A model generated the notes under the pieces. It searched no databases. It was not told the origin of the DNA and saw only the letters and a program-made list of their open reading frames with translations. A stretch of 63,855 nt of DNA from Carcharhinus longimanus. Its lineage: Eukaryota. The stretch spans positions 22,898,517 through 22,962,371 of the forward strand of contig JASCQW010000122.1 in assembly GCA_030264375.1 (NCBI GenBank), written 5' to 3'. The position numbers and the translations under genes are program-made. Numbering within the stretch: position 1 is the first letter of the stretch; every line of letters starts with the position of its first letter. Of the stretch, positions 48,901 through 62,211 are shown piece by piece.

Positions 48901-51714
48901 CTTTGCCATTCAGCAACAGATGAAGGTTCATCTATTTACTTTCTAATTTGATTGCAACCGTATCTCTGAAAGGTTTGCCACAATTGGCATTGGAAACTGT
49001 CCTTTGACCTCACTACCAACAGAGATATGTCGTCTTAGCTGTCATAATCTATAGGAATTGCACAATTTAAATACAATGGTGGCATGGCAATCAACGTGCT
49101 CCAGCACCCAGTAGAACTGAGTGTTTATATCTACAATAACTCCTCTTTTCACCTGCTCCTCTTCCTTCACCACCATCAACAGCAGCCAGTGGTAGTTTTC
49201 ATTGTATCTTTGAGATAGGGTTGAGTGTAAAGGTTACAGAATTTTGCCAGTCAACAGGTGAGTAATTGGCACCGACCTATGATGTGTGCCCCCAGCAGTA
49301 AACAGAGTGGTGCAATATACAGCTGACCAGCTGAATGTGAGGCTGACAGTAGTAGTTTCATGAGTATTATATACTAGACAAAATCTACATCGAAAGGTAT
49401 ATGTTGTGTATGACATTGACCAAGACTAACACATGTTCAGCTGCAAGCAGCCAGGTCATGAGAGAGGTCAATATAACACAATGCTCAAAACTTCTAATAA
49501 AGTACACTCCCTCCTCATTTGAAAAACTTAAAACATTATAATTTAATTGATAATGTATGCAATTTTCCTGAATACGATATGACTAAACTAAAATTAACAA
49601 CACCTGAAATTTAACAAGTTGGATTCCAGATTGGTTTTACTAGGATCAGAACCAAAACATACATATGGCCAATATATGTGCAAAAATTGTTCTCCCTTAA
49701 CATCAGCTATGCATTTAACAAAAACATAATTTGATAAAAAAGAATCGAAATAACTTATTTACTTCCTGGCCACATGCTTTCAAACTTATCTAAAGCTTCT
49801 TTCTCTTTATGCCTGAGTATCTCCTTCCATTTCCACGATGTTACTCTCTCAACATCTGACTTTATCAATGCTGAACTTTGACTACCGAGTCAATTTAATA
49901 TTTGGGGCCATGGCATTAATTGCTTCCTTTTCTTCAAAAACCCTGACTCACTTTGCTCTGCTGGTGAGATTCTGGAATACGACCAACTTTTTCTTTTTGA
50001 CTTCCACTTTGGACTCTAGGAAAATTTGAATTAAAGGAGAATTATCATGTTCACCTTTGGCCATATTTCCTCTTTCAATCAAACATACATGATGGGGTCT
50101 TTCCCCAATCTTCACTAGATTTGTGAATGCACCTAATATCTTTACACAACTCCAGTCACATATGTATCCTTCACACTTTGACCAGCACTTTGTAAAACTT
50201 TGTCTCTTCTGTTTCATGGCTTCTTTAATTTGTCTTGCTTTTCTCTTACTTTGCTACTCATGTCAGGCTTAAGCAAATTAATTCTAGCCCTGGGAGTGCA
50301 TTTAAACATTAAATCATTAGCTGAGCAACTTGTTGTAGAATTTGGAGTTATTCTATAAGGAAACAGAAAATTATCCAGTCCATGTCGAAGAAAAGCACAG
50401 CCCTAAATTTTTTGGATAGTGGGGTCTCCCTTCCTGCCATCCAAAGGGTCCCCACCGACTCACAATTCCCACAGCCATTTCATTCTCAAATAAGCGTCAA
50501 TCACCCCTCGCTTGGGAAGAATTCCCAACCGGGAAGGTCTATCTGAATGGCTGGCAGCTCTCCAGTCTCAGCAGCGGACTGAAGGAGGACTTCAGGAGAC
50601 TTTAGACCTGAGCCTAAGACCCAGGACTGGATGGCAAGATATGTTTAAGGGGTCGACTGGGGTGTCGGGGGAGAGGGAGATCCAGAGATCACAGGCCCTC
50701 AAGTGGTGGGGGCACCTGAAGTCAGAAGGGTGTTTGATGGAGCCTGCCCTCTTTTCCCACCAAAGGTCCAACTTGGTTCATTTTTGGACTTCCCCCAGAC
50801 CTGGTAAATGCTCCTGCCAATCTAAGAATTGAGGCTGGATGGTAAATGGCCATTAAGTAATCAATAATGGCTAAATAATCCATCAGTTTAATAGCAGTTG
50901 TGTCAAGGAAAAATGACAGAAAAATTTATTTTACTCTCCTTCCAAGAAAGCAGACACTACTACCCCCGAATCAATAATAAAAGTCATGAATCCCCGACTT
51001 TAATTTTTACCGTGGGTACTGGAATTATATCTGCACCCACATTACTCTCATCCTCCATGTGCTGTTTTTCTTGCTCTCTGATGAATCTTTCTACACAATA
51101 TCATCTCCTGAGCCCTAAACTGGATTTGGACCTACCAAAACCTCACCTTAGTGCAAGGCTGCATTCTGGCGGTTTACCACAACACACAGCATTACTGCTT
51201 CCTGTACCCCTGCATGTTGTCTGTGCTTGATTGACTTTCCCTCAGGCATTTAAATGATTGATGGCAAACTTGGCAAGACAGTAACTAAATCTCTGATTCA
51301 GTCTGCGATTTTGGCTTCCGTGGCATTCATCTTGCTGAAATCAAGTGGAACTTCCTGCCAGTACAGGAAAATAATTCCCTTGCAATAATCTTTTTTCTGC
51401 CATTTCCATTGCTTTGGCCTCAATGTAGGTCTCTTTCTAATGACAACTCATTGCTTTTGGTCAAAAGTTATGGCCTGGATTTTATTGTTCAAACCTTACT
51501 TATACCCTCCCCCAACAGAGAGGACATTAGAAACAGCACAGTAAACATGTGCTCAGATAATGCAATCTACTACAGTACGAATTCCTAAACTGTCCAAAGA
51601 CTAGAGTAAAACAGTGGAGTGTTCTGCTAGTTTTAGAACATCCAATAGCATTGTGCATTCTACAGAGCATCATGGTTCTGATGAGATCTGCATGATGTTC
51701 TTCCTTTAATTCGT

Positions 51715-51975
51715 TCATGGAGTGTTAGATTCACGGACTCGGCCAGCTTTGATTGCCCACCCCTCTTTGCTCTTGGGAAGATGGTGGAAATTTGTGTTGT
51801 TGAACTGCTGCAGTCCATTGGGTGTAGATACATCCATGGTGCATTTCGGGAGCAAGTTCCAGGATTTTGATACAGCAACAGCAAAGGAAAGGCAATACAG
51901 TTCCAATTGAGCATAGTGTGTGGCTTATAGTAAAGTTTTCAGGTGATGGTGTTCTCATGCATCTGTTGACCCATC
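51715..51975 (-). mobile_element. 3' end of a CR1/L2-group LINE family
   Basis: Reverse-complement similarity to 61850-62135. Confidence 0.55.
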
Positions 51976-51989
51976 TGTTTTACAAACAG

Positions 51990-52425
51990 GCTTATGAATT
52001 AAAAGCAGGAATAGGTCATTCTGCCCTTTAAGTCTGCTCCGCCATTTAATATTATGGCCGATCTGATTGTGACCTCCACTCTACATTCCACCAACAACTG
52101 TAGCAAAAAATCCCTATTTATACATACCAGTCGCCTTACCATAAATGACAACATTCCATTAGTCTCCCAAATCACTTGGTATACTTGCATACTAACTTTT
52201 CTCAATTCACGCACCACCATACCCAGATCCCTCTGCACCACCAAGTTCTTCAATCTCGCTCCATTTNNNNAAATAATATGCTTTTTTTTCATTCTTCCTG
52301 CCAATGTGGGCAAGTTCATCTTTTCCCATAAATATATTCCATCTGCCAAATTTTTGCCCACTCACTTAACCAATATCTCTTTGCAGACCCCTATTGTCCT
52401 TTTCACAACTTACTTTCCTGCCTGT
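51990..52425 (-). mobile_element. CR1 LINE fragment
   Basis: VQRDLGMVVRELRKVSMQV..TNGMLSF peptide and CR1 3' tail. Confidence 0.8.
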
Positions 52426-52861
52426 GCACGGTAAAGGTAAAGTCAACATAGCCCCGGATGACCATAGGTTGCTCTGTCCTTTGAGGGGGGGAGAGCTGAC
52501 TGGCAGTGTTTTAACCTGAGTCTAGTAGGATTGCTTTATGCAGAAGGTCAGACAAAAGTGAACTGAAGGTGTCGGTACCACTTCTATAAACTGGATGTTA
52601 ACCTTCCCCCATTGTATTTAAAAGCAGCAAATTCTTTCCACTTTGTGATTTGAGTTTGTTCTATAGAATTCCATACTCATTACCAGCTGCCCAATAAGGA
52701 CGCATCTGCAATAATGCCCAAGTGGCTTATAAACCTCTAAACTAGTAAAACACCAAACAGCCCTCTCCAGAGTTCAAAACTGTACAATAAGCAAAGCAAC
52801 TAATCTGTACACCCAACTTAAATGACATGGTTATCTCCAATCTTTGAAAGTTTTTGAAAAT

Positions 52862-53160
52862 GGGCAGCATGGTGGCACAGTGGTTAACACTGCTGCCCCA
52901 CAGTGCCAGGGTTTGATTCCACCCTCGGGTGACTTGTCTATGTGGAGTTTGCATGCCCTCCCCATGTCTGCGTTGATTTCCTCCCACAGGCCAAAGATGT
53001 GCGGGTAAGATCGATTGGCCATGCTAAATTGCCCGGAGCGTCAGGGGGATTAGCAGGGTAAATGTTTGGCATTACAGGAATTGGGGCTGGGTGGGATTGT
53101 GGCTGATGCAGGCGTGATGGGCCAAATGGCCTCTTTCTGCACTGTAGGGACTCTATGATT
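52862..53160 (+). mobile_element. HE1-like SINE (tail B)
   Basis: GGGCAGCATGGTGGCACAGTGGTTA head; GGGACTCTATGATT tail. Confidence 0.87.
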
Positions 53161-53269
53161 AAAATTTGATTTGAAGGTCTGGGACATCAGACTTTCACTA
53201 CTGCATTTGTGTAATCAACTCAGTATTTTAGATCAGAAAGGCCCAGATTTTTGTACTGGTAACGATGAT

Positions 53270-53455
53270 CAAACAGTCATGGGTGACTTGAATCTTAATA
53301 TCAATTGGACAAATCAACTTTCAAAGACAGACTGGAGGGCTGAGTTCAGAGTGTATTCAGGACAGTTCCTTAGAACAATACATTAAGGGATCTAACAGGG
53401 AACAAGCTACTTTAGGCCCGGTAACAATACAGCATTAATCCAAGACCTCATTACA
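53270..53455 (+). mobile_element. CR1 endonuclease-domain fragment
   Basis: VMGDLNLNINW (GDFN motif) and DSSLEQYI..NREQATL-like pieces. Confidence 0.6.
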
Positions 53456-53457
53456 AA

Positions 53458-53641
53458 GGCGGCATGGTAGCACAGTGGTGAGCACGGCTGCTTCACAGCT
53501 CCTGGGTCCCGGGTTCGATTCCCAGCTCAGTTCACAGTCTGTGCGGAGTTTGCACATTCTCCTCGTGTCTGTGTGGGTTTCCTCTGGGTATTCCAGTTTC
53601 CTCCCACAGTGCAAAGATGTACAGGGTTAGGTTGATTGGCC
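53458..53641 (+). mobile_element. HE1-like SINE, 5' part (cut by a gap)
   Basis: GGCGGCATGGTAGCACAGTGG...GGGTTCGATTCC A/B boxes. Confidence 0.87.
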
Positions 53642-53741
53642 NNNNNNNNNNNNNNNNNNNNNNNNNNNNNNNNNNNNNNNNNNNNNNNNNNNNNNNNNNN
53701 NNNNNNNNNNNNNNNNNNNNNNNNNNNNNNNNNNNNNNNNN

Positions 53742-54000
53742 GAGCAGAAGCCATACAAGCTGTGATACAACCAGAAAGAATGCTTTCTATGATGAATCTG
53801 TAAAAGTTGGTGAGAGTCAGAGGGGACATGCCAAATTTCCTTAGCCTCTTGAGGAAGTAGAGACTTTGGTGGGCTTTCTTAACTAGAGCATCAACGTGGA
53901 GGGACCAGGACAGGTTGTTGGTGATCTGGACACCTAGAAACCTGAATCCCACAACTATTTCCACTTCATCACCATTAGTGTAGACAGGGGCACATTGTCC
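53742..54000 (-). mobile_element. Rex1/Babar-like RT fragment
   Basis: FRFLGVQITNNLSWSLHVDALVKKAHQSLYFLKRLRKFGMSPLTLTNFYRFIIESILSGCITA. Confidence 0.85.
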
Positions 54001-55070
54001 AGGCATGTTAACAGGGGCAAATTGAGTCTTCATTCACCCCAGTGACTTAAATAAAGTACCCCCTCCTCTGAAGTGTGACTACCTATAAACTTATCCAGAC
54101 CAGAGTATAATTTTTTGCTTGACCCTAACTTTGCCTACATTTAAATAATGTTATGTCCGAACGCTTGTCTCAGTTAGAAGAAATGTTCTTTTGGGGTTGA
54201 AGCTAGGTGTCAACCAAGTTTATTTGATGCTGTGTGGATGACTTTCATTTGCTGATTTAACGTGGACCATGAGCTGAATATGTGTCTGTGCGGGGCGGGC
54301 AGTCTTGAGATAATGCAGTGGGGTGAAACTTGTTAGGTGCAATAAAATGGGCAGCAGTGAAGGGCCAGCTCATTCCCCATCTGACCAATTTCCTTTTCCT
54401 AAGCCAGTGGAAAGGAAAATAAGGCAGAGTGAAAACAAACTGCCTACGTTCCATCTCTCAAGACAGATTTCTCCCCCCAGTGGCTCCTATGGGAAACAAA
54501 ACTTTAGTCAAATAGGGTTATCCAGCAGAGATGCCAGAGGGTAGGTGATCACCATTATGGAGGGTTTATTGGAATCCTTTGGTTATTGGAGCCCATTTAT
54601 ATTTATGGGTGGGATGAACCTAGCTGGCTTTGTGTGATACAAACAGGAATTAAGAAAGGACGGGCCAATTAATGACTTTTTCTTAATCCACAGAAATATG
54701 ATGCAGTCTCAGAGGAGGCCAGTGTGCTCCATTTAACCAGTCACAGGAAGTACTGCATATTACTCTGTTATAGCGCCCACCCATTTCTCTGCCCAGTATC
54801 TTGCCCAGTTGGGTTTGCTGGCATTGCATACTATTATTACTTCCCCAGACAGACTATTCCAATAGAGCAGACTTCCCTTGGTATTCATTCAAAGGATAAT
54901 TGACAAGGCCCGCATTTATTCCTCACCCCAATGTCCAGGAGAAGATGGTGGTTCAGTGTCTTCTTGTGGCGATTTGTGCAAGTGCCCTTTTTATTGTGGT
55001 GGTTTACTATTACCAAGTTGCCAAACCAGCCATTTGAGAGGATTAGTACATTGCTGTGGATCTGGAGTCA

Positions 55071-55203
55071 TGATGTGGAGATGTTGGCATTGGACTGGNN
55101 NNNNNNNNAAGTCTCACAACACCAGTTTAAAGTCCAACCGGTTTATGTGTTCTTTGTTCTAAAAGTTTAAATAAACTGGTTGGACTTTAACCTGGTGTTG
55201 TGA
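55071..55203 (-). mobile_element. Penelope-like terminus (family 1), highly truncated, with inverted arms and a TSD
   Basis: TCACAACACCAGTTTAAAGTCCAACCGGTTTAT faces ATAAACTGGTTGGACTTTAACCTGGTGTTGTGA; GATCTGGAGTCA is duplicated at 55059 and 55202. Confidence 0.75.
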
Positions 55204-55323
55204 TCTGGAGTCAGGCAGGTCGGATAGGGAAGACACTTTTCCTTTCTTAACGGACATTAGAGAAATGGATGGATTATCGCAATAAATGCAGACCATCTGC
55301 AGAGAGAGAAAGGATTTTAATAT

Positions 55324-55661
55324 GGGTGGCACGGTAGCACAGTGGTTAGCACTGCTGCTTCACAGCTCCAGGGTCCTGGGTTCGATTCCGGGTCTGTGTG
55401 GAGATTGCACATTCTCCTTGTGTCTGCGTGGGTTTCCTCTGGGTATTCCAGTTTCCTCCCACAGTCCAAAGATGTGCAGGTTAGGTTGATTGGCCATGCT
55501 AAGAATTGCCCCTTAGTGTCCAGGGATGCGCAGGTTAGAGGGATTAGTGGGTATAATATGTGGGGATATGGGGATAGGGCCTGGGTGGAATTGTATTCAG
55601 CACGGACTCGATGAGCCGAAGGGCCTCTTTCTGCACTGTAGGTTTCTATGATTTCTATGAT
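55324..55661 (+). mobile_element. HE1-like SINE (tail B), near full length
   Basis: Complete tRNA-like head; tail TTCTATGATTTCTATGAT. Confidence 0.9.
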
Positions 55662-57019
55662 CCTCACAGCAAGAGTGAACATAACATCATGAATATCCAA
55701 TTCAGTTTGAGAAATAGAACTGTGGGGCCATGATGAGTGTCTTAAACTTAAAGAAACAATTACAAACACGTGAAGCGAGAGTTGGCTAAAGTTCACTGGG
55801 TAAATAAGTTAAGAGAGATGATGATAAGAGAAGCAGTGACAGACATTTCAGGTTATATTTCATAACTCTCAACAAGGATATATTCCACTGAGGAAGAATG
55901 ACTCGACCAGAAAGAAATACCATCCATGGCTAACTAAAGAAGATGACTCAAAGAAAAAACTTACAATGCTGTGAAGATTAGTGGTTGGCCAGGGGATTGG
56001 GAAAGTTTTAGGAACCAGCAAAGGGTTAATAAAAAATAAAAAGGGAAAAATTGGAGTATGAGAAAAAAAAACTAGAAACGTGAAAATTAAACAGCAAAAG
56101 CTCCTACAAGTGTACACACAGAAAAAAAGTGAAGCTTAAGTAACCATTGAACCCTTAGAGGATGAGGCTAGGGAATTAATCATGGCAAACAAGGAAATGG
56201 CAGAAACTTTGCACAATTATTTTAATCTGTCTTCACTGCAGAAGACATAAAAAAAGCATCTCAAAAATAATAGTGAATCAGTGGCAAAAGGAAGAGAGGA
56301 ATTTAAAACTTTCACTAAAGAAAAATATAATGGGAATACTGATGGAATTGGCATGGCTGAAAAGTTCCCTGGAGGTGATGGTCTACTACCTCAGATCTCT
56401 AAAAGAAGTGGTTGTAGAGATAATGGATCTGTTGGTTGCAATCTTTCAAAATTCACTATATTCTGGAAAGGAGCCAGCAGATTGGAAAACTGCAAATGCA
56501 ACTCTGTTCAAAAAGGGAGGGAAATAGAAAACAGAAAAAAAAAGACCAGTTGTTAGCCTAACGTCCATTGGGGGCATGCTACAAAAGTATTATTGAAGTA
56601 GTACCAGCGCATTTAGATAATCATAACACCAGCAGAGTCAACATGGTTTTATAAAGGGAAATTATGCTCAACAAATTTATTAGAATTCTTTGAGGAAGTA
56701 ACAAACAGAATTAAAGGTGAAGTGTATTTGCATTGTCAGGTGGCATTTAACGATGTGTCATGTAAAAAGTACACAAGAACTCATGGCGTTTGGGGGCAGG
56801 GTGGGGGAATATATTAGCATGGATAGAAGATCGGCTAACTAACAGGAAATGGTGAGTCATGATAAGTGGGTCATTTTCAGGCTGGCAAACTGATTAGTAC
56901 AGTGTCACAGGGAACAGTGCTAAGGCCTCAACTAGTTACCGTCTAAACGAATGATTTGGATGAAGGGACAACTGTATTGTAGCCAATTTTGTTGATATGA
57001 AATACTTTCCCTTACGTTT

Positions 57020-57331
57020 TCAACCACCAAAACCATAGAGGTTTTGTTGTTGACATTTCAGGGTGTACACAACATTCATGGCAGTAACAGTCTTGTGTTT
57101 GGCATGTTCGGTGTAGGTGACCAAGTCCCGAATGATATCCTCCAAGAAAACCTTCAGGACTCCACAGGTTTCTTCATAGATGAAACCTGAAACGAGCTTA
57201 ACGCCCCCGCGCCGAGCGAGTCGACGGATAGCAGGCGTAGTTATTCCCTGGATATTATCGCGGAGAATTTTCCGGTGCCAGTTAGCACCGCCCTTCCCAA
57301 GACCTTTCCCACCTTTACCTCCATCAGACAT
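57020..57331 (-). pseudogene. H4: Histone H4-like copy: full-length 103-codon ORF with 20 amino-acid changes, inserted inside a CR1 LINE
   Basis: Ungapped match to canonical H4; R>W, R>C and R>H changes fit CpG decay; no histone stem-loop or histone promoter seen; flanks are CR1 sequence. Confidence 0.88.
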
Positions 57332-57984
57332 CCCACTCTGACAGCAAGTTCAATAGTAGATAGGTAGGAAATTAGGTTGTGAGGGGGATACAACCAGTCT
57401 GCAAAGGGATATAGGTAGGTGAAGTGAGTGGACAAAAATTTAGAAGGTATATAATATCAAAAGATGTGAAGTTGTTTTATAAGGAAGAATAGAAATGCAA
57501 AATACTGTTTAAACATAAAAAAAAACAGAATGCTGCAATTCTACAATGATCTGGATGTGCTTGTATACGAATCACAAAAGGTCAGCATGCAGGGACAGTA
57601 ATTGATCAGAAAAGCATTGGAATGTTAGATTTATATTACTTGGGGGATGGAGTATGAAAGTAGCAAGGTGTTGCTACAATGTACAGGCAATTTTGAGACC
57701 ACATGTAAAACACTGTGTGTAGTTTTAGTGGATTCAAGGGGGGACCAAAAGACGTAAGAACAGAATTAAGCCATTCGGCCTCTCAAGTCGGCTCCACCAT
57801 TCAATGAGATCATGACTGATCTGATGTTATCATCCTCAACTCCACTTTCCTGCCTTATCCCATAACCCTTGATTCCCTTACTGATTAAAAATCTGCTTGG
57901 ATACTTGCTTTGGAAGCAGCTGAAAGATGATTCACTAGGTTGATTCCTAGCAAGAGAGAAGGCTGAGCAAGTTGAGCCTAATAC

Positions 57985-58066
57985 AAAGTCTCACAACACC
58001 AGGTTGAAGTCCAACAGGGTTATTTGGAATCACAAGCTTTCAGAGCGTTGTTCCTTCCTTAGGTGA
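57985..58066 (-). mobile_element. Penelope-like terminal fragment with a degenerate hammerhead
   Basis: Minus strand TCAC-CTAAGGA-AGGAACAACGCTCT-GAAA-GCTT-GTGA...CCTGGTGTTGTGAGACTTT. Confidence 0.65.
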
Positions 58067-58999
58067 GCCTATCCTCATTGGTATTTGAAGGATTTCCCTT
58101 TGCGAGAAAAATATAGAACTGGGGACACAATTTGAAAATAAGGTGAGGATTCTTTTTCTCTCAGAGGCATTTCAGCGGTTTGAATACTCTTCTCCAGCAA
58201 GTGGTGGAGGTTAGCTCATTAATATATTCCAATTCCACGTCAGACAGATATTTGATTGCCAATGGAGTCAAGGGTTATGGCAGAGGTAGGCAATAACGTG
58301 GAGTTCAGGCCACAATCAGATCAGCTATGATGTTATTGAATGGCAGAGCAAGCTCATGGAGGCCAAATGGCTTGTTCCTACTTGTTCATTATTCCTCTAA
58401 AACTAACAACAACATCTGGAGTCTGCATGCAGGCAGTTAAATGCTGAAACATAAGTTGCCGTCAGCGATCCTATGTTTCTCCATAGGATACATCAGGAAA
58501 ACCGCCTGACTGCAAACAAGCAGAAATTACTGAACTGGTAAGAACATGCCCTCTACTCTTCTAGTCTAGAAAAGTTACTCCTTGTTGAATGAGACACAAC
58601 TGGATTTTGTACAAAGTTCATAATTAATGCTGAATTGTGTTGCTGCCCCGGAACTTCTTTAGGAAAGTAGTATTTACCACGGTGTGTTTATTTATTACAT
58701 GCATGCAGTGTTGCCACTGGTGGGTAAAGTTTGCCAAGAGGAGAAAATACACCCAAGATATATTTGAGGAATATCAAACTTCATTTAAAAAACATATATT
58801 TTACAATATGTCCCTATCACTTACTTCATGTTCTGTAAATTTTACCAAGAATGAAAATTCAATGCATTTTACTTCCAGTTTTCTATCTGGTAGAATATTA
58901 TAATTTGGTTTCCCCCTAATGAAATATCCATGCCTGAATATATTTTCCACCACTTCCCCATCATGGGCACCATACATCATGAGGGTCATGTGGCACATA

Positions 59000-61620
59000 C
59001 CTTGGCCTGACCCACTACTCCTCTGGTATTTTCTCCTCCTTTCAGTATGTCACCTCGTTCCACCCCCCTCAATCAAAAAATGTTCTCTACTGCTCGCCCA
59101 AGTATGATAAAAAAAACCCTCTCTGAGATCTTTACTGCTCTTCTCTCTCAGGCTGCAACAAACAATTTCTCCTCCTCAATGATTTCAATCTCCACCTCAA
59201 CTCATCATGCACTATTTCCTCCGAGTTCAGTGCCCTCCTCTCCTCCCTAAATCTCTTCCTTCAGGTAAATACCCCAACTCTTATTGAGGGTCACTCCACT
59301 GAATTTGCCATCTTGTGTGATCTTGCTAAGCCCATTCTATCAACTGCAGATAGAACCACCCTTGATTGCTTCCCTGTATTACTCATCACCCACATCTCCC
59401 TTCCACATCCCAACACTTCTGTCTTATGTATTCATGCCTGAAAATAATATCCCCAATTCAATTACAAACGTCCAACTATCTGGCCTTTGGCCCTCTAATT
59501 ACCACAACTTTTCTGCAATTCTGAATTTTCTCAACCACATCCTTACTCCCTCCTTTGAAAGTCCTGAACTTCATTAAAAAAACCCTCTCAGCTGTTTGCC
59601 TTGGCATGGCACTCATCTCTATTCCCTCAGGTTCAAAGGACACAGGTTTAAAAGGATTTGGCAGACAACTGCTTTAGTCATTCACTGCCAGATCTGGTTG
59701 GACCACATAAGCATTATCGGATTCTGCTCTAGTCTGCTAAAGTTGTTCACTATTCCATGATCATCCATGGATACCAAGAAAACCACCAGCATCTTTTCTT
59801 CACTGCAATCCATCTTCTTAAATCCTTCTCTTCCACTCTCACTTCCAACAATGTGTGCAATGTGTTCTCGGATTTCTTCCCAGCCCCAGCAAAGATAGAG
59901 ATGATTCAATCGGGTGCTCCACCAGGTCCATTCCATCCACTATCTCACTGGACCACCCATTCCATCCACGATCTCATTGGGTCACATTCCTCTGAACTTC
60001 TAGGCAGTCCTGGCTCTGAACTTGAATCTTTCTCTAGTTTCTCTCCCATCTCCCCTCATTCCTTCTTGGACTTCATCTCGTTTCCTCAATCCTATTCTCA
60101 TTAAACTGCTGACAACCAATTCCCCCTTTTGGTCCCCATGTCAATAGTTCTGTTTTCAGGTGTTGGCCCTCTCTCTTTTAAGTCTGCTGTCATCATCGCT
60201 TGATTCGTCAAAAACCAGTCCTTCACCCCACTATCCTTGCAAACCACTGAACAATCTCCTACCACCCCTTCCTCCCCAAAGTCATTGAATTTTATGTTGT
60301 TATGTTATTCGTAAAGAATCAGGAACCAATTATTGCACAAACATACATCAGAGGTGCCACATTTTACCGCTGCACTGCAGCCAGATATCAAGGAACAATG
60401 TACCAGTCCACCTGCCTGTAAAAGTACATTCAATGAAGCACAAAAGCATGACTATTTTGAATATCTGGGAACAAAAGAATATTAAATATGTTGTACCTCC
60501 CAAATTCACCCCCCTCTTTCCTGGAACTCCATGTTTGAATACCCCCACCCCCAAGCAACAGTCTGACAATGCTCCTGATCATAATTATAAATGGCATCCT
60601 ATATGACTATTTCAATAATAAACTATCCCTCCTTGCCCTTCTCAATCTGTCTGCAGCCTTTGACGTTCTTAACCACACCACTTTTCTCCAACATCTCTCC
60701 ACTGCCATTCATCTGATGGGATTGCTCCCATATTGTTCCATTCTAAGCTAATTATTCATAATTGCAGCATCATATGCTGTGGCATCTCTTCCCACTTTTA
60801 CACCTCTAATGTCTCCCAAGGATCCAGCCTAAGTCCATTCCTACATATTACCCTTGGTGATATAATCCAGAAGTCATGTCAGTTTTCACATCCACGCTGA
60901 TGACAACACCCAGCTCTACCTCATCGCCAACTCTCTCAACTTATCCTGAATTATCAGACTGCTTAGTCAACATCCAAAAATGGAAAAGCAGAGATTTCCT
61001 CTGATTAAATATTGGGAAGACTGAAACCATTGCTTTCTGTCCCCTCTCCAAACTCCGCTCCCCTAACTACAGACTCCATACTGTTCCCTCTCTCCTTTAA
61101 AATCTATCCTGTGGAGAGCGGTCCAAGATTAAATCAGTCGGTTCGCAAACTTGGTGCTACATTCTGCCTTCATATTCACACTAAAACAACCTAATCCCAC
61201 CAGTGTGGCATCATCCACTTTCACCCTGTCTCATCTCATTTGCTGTAAAATCCTTATTCATACTCTTGTTATCTGTAAAGTGGATCATTCCAATATACAT
61301 TTGGCTGCTCTCCCACGTTCTACTCCATAAGCTAGAGGTCACTCAAAATTTTGCTGCCCATGTTTTCTTAACTCTTGCCAAGCCCCTTTTGCCTATTACA
61401 CTAAGTTGGTGAGCACAAGGGTAAGTTTTTTTGCTACTTAAGTTGCTATTTATTTAAACTTTATTGTTGTTTTCAAGTCCCTTTATAGCCTTGCTCTCAT
61501 TATCTCTATAATCACCAGCCCCACAGCTATCCAAGGTATCTGTTCTCCTGAAATTCTGGCTTCTTAGTCATCCTCGATCTTAAATCCCTTCACCTTTGCT
61601 GCTTCGTTTGCAGCCCTCAA
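59000..61620 (+). mobile_element. Ancient L2-clade LINE with decayed ORF2
   Basis: C/T-rich; LLNLSAAFDVLNHTTFLQHL (RT domain 3), CACGCTGATGAC...CAGCTCTAC (YADD-like) and PFLPKVIE remnants. Confidence 0.8.
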
Positions 61621-61639
61621 GGACCTACACTCCGGAGTT

Positions 61640-62135
61640 GTCTCCAGTATGAATGGACGTGTTACATGTTTACACCTCGCTCACCTGGATAAGCGAGACT
61701 TTGACAACACCCAAGAAGCTCAAATTAACCCAGGACGATGCAGCCCACATGATGGATACACCTTAAACGTCCACCCTGTCCATTCCACCCATTCACAACG
61801 GCAACAAAGTGTGCCATAAACAAGGTGCACTGCAGCAACACTGAGCTTCCTTCAACAGCAGCTTCTAAAGCACCTCGGCCACTTAGGACTAGGGTAGCAG
61901 ACCCAGGGGAATGCCACCACGATCAATTTCTCCTCCAAGCCACACCACAATGTCTTGGAACTGCCATTTCTTTATTGTCGCTGTATCAAAATCTTGTAAT
62001 CCCATTCATAATAGTGAATGTGTCTACACCAGATGAACTGCAGCGGTTCAACAAGGTGGTTCACCACCACCTTCAAGGACAATTGGGGGGTGGGCAACAA
62101 ACACTGGCCTTGCCAGTGCCACCCATATCCCACAA
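61640..62135 (+). mobile_element. 3' end of a CR1/L2-group LINE nested near the end of the L2
   Basis: CTGCAGCGGTTCAACAAGGTGGTTCACCACCACCTTC...GGCCTTGCCAG; second copy at 51715. Confidence 0.55.
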
Positions 62136-62211
62136 AATAATACAACTTTTTAAAACTCACATTCCTTCTTGAAGTCACTCCTTAAACCCACTCAAAATGA
62201 CAAATAAGTTA

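Larger units (their letters stand above)
55860..58392 (+). mobile_element. Old CR1 LINE hosting nested inserts (H4 copy, antisense CR1 tail at about 57745-57900, Penelope-like end at 57985-58066)
   Basis: ADWKTANATLFKKGG and other decayed ORF2 pieces in collinear order, ending in a CR1 3' tail. Confidence 0.85.

Noticed and set aside
55324-55400. tRNA-like sequences with A and B boxes
   Set aside because: They are SINE heads that run straight into SINE bodies and are not tRNA genes
57020-57331. Functional canonical histone H4 gene or histone cluster
   Set aside because: Twenty changes in a nearly invariant protein, no stem-loop, no neighbouring histone genes, and it is embedded in a LINE
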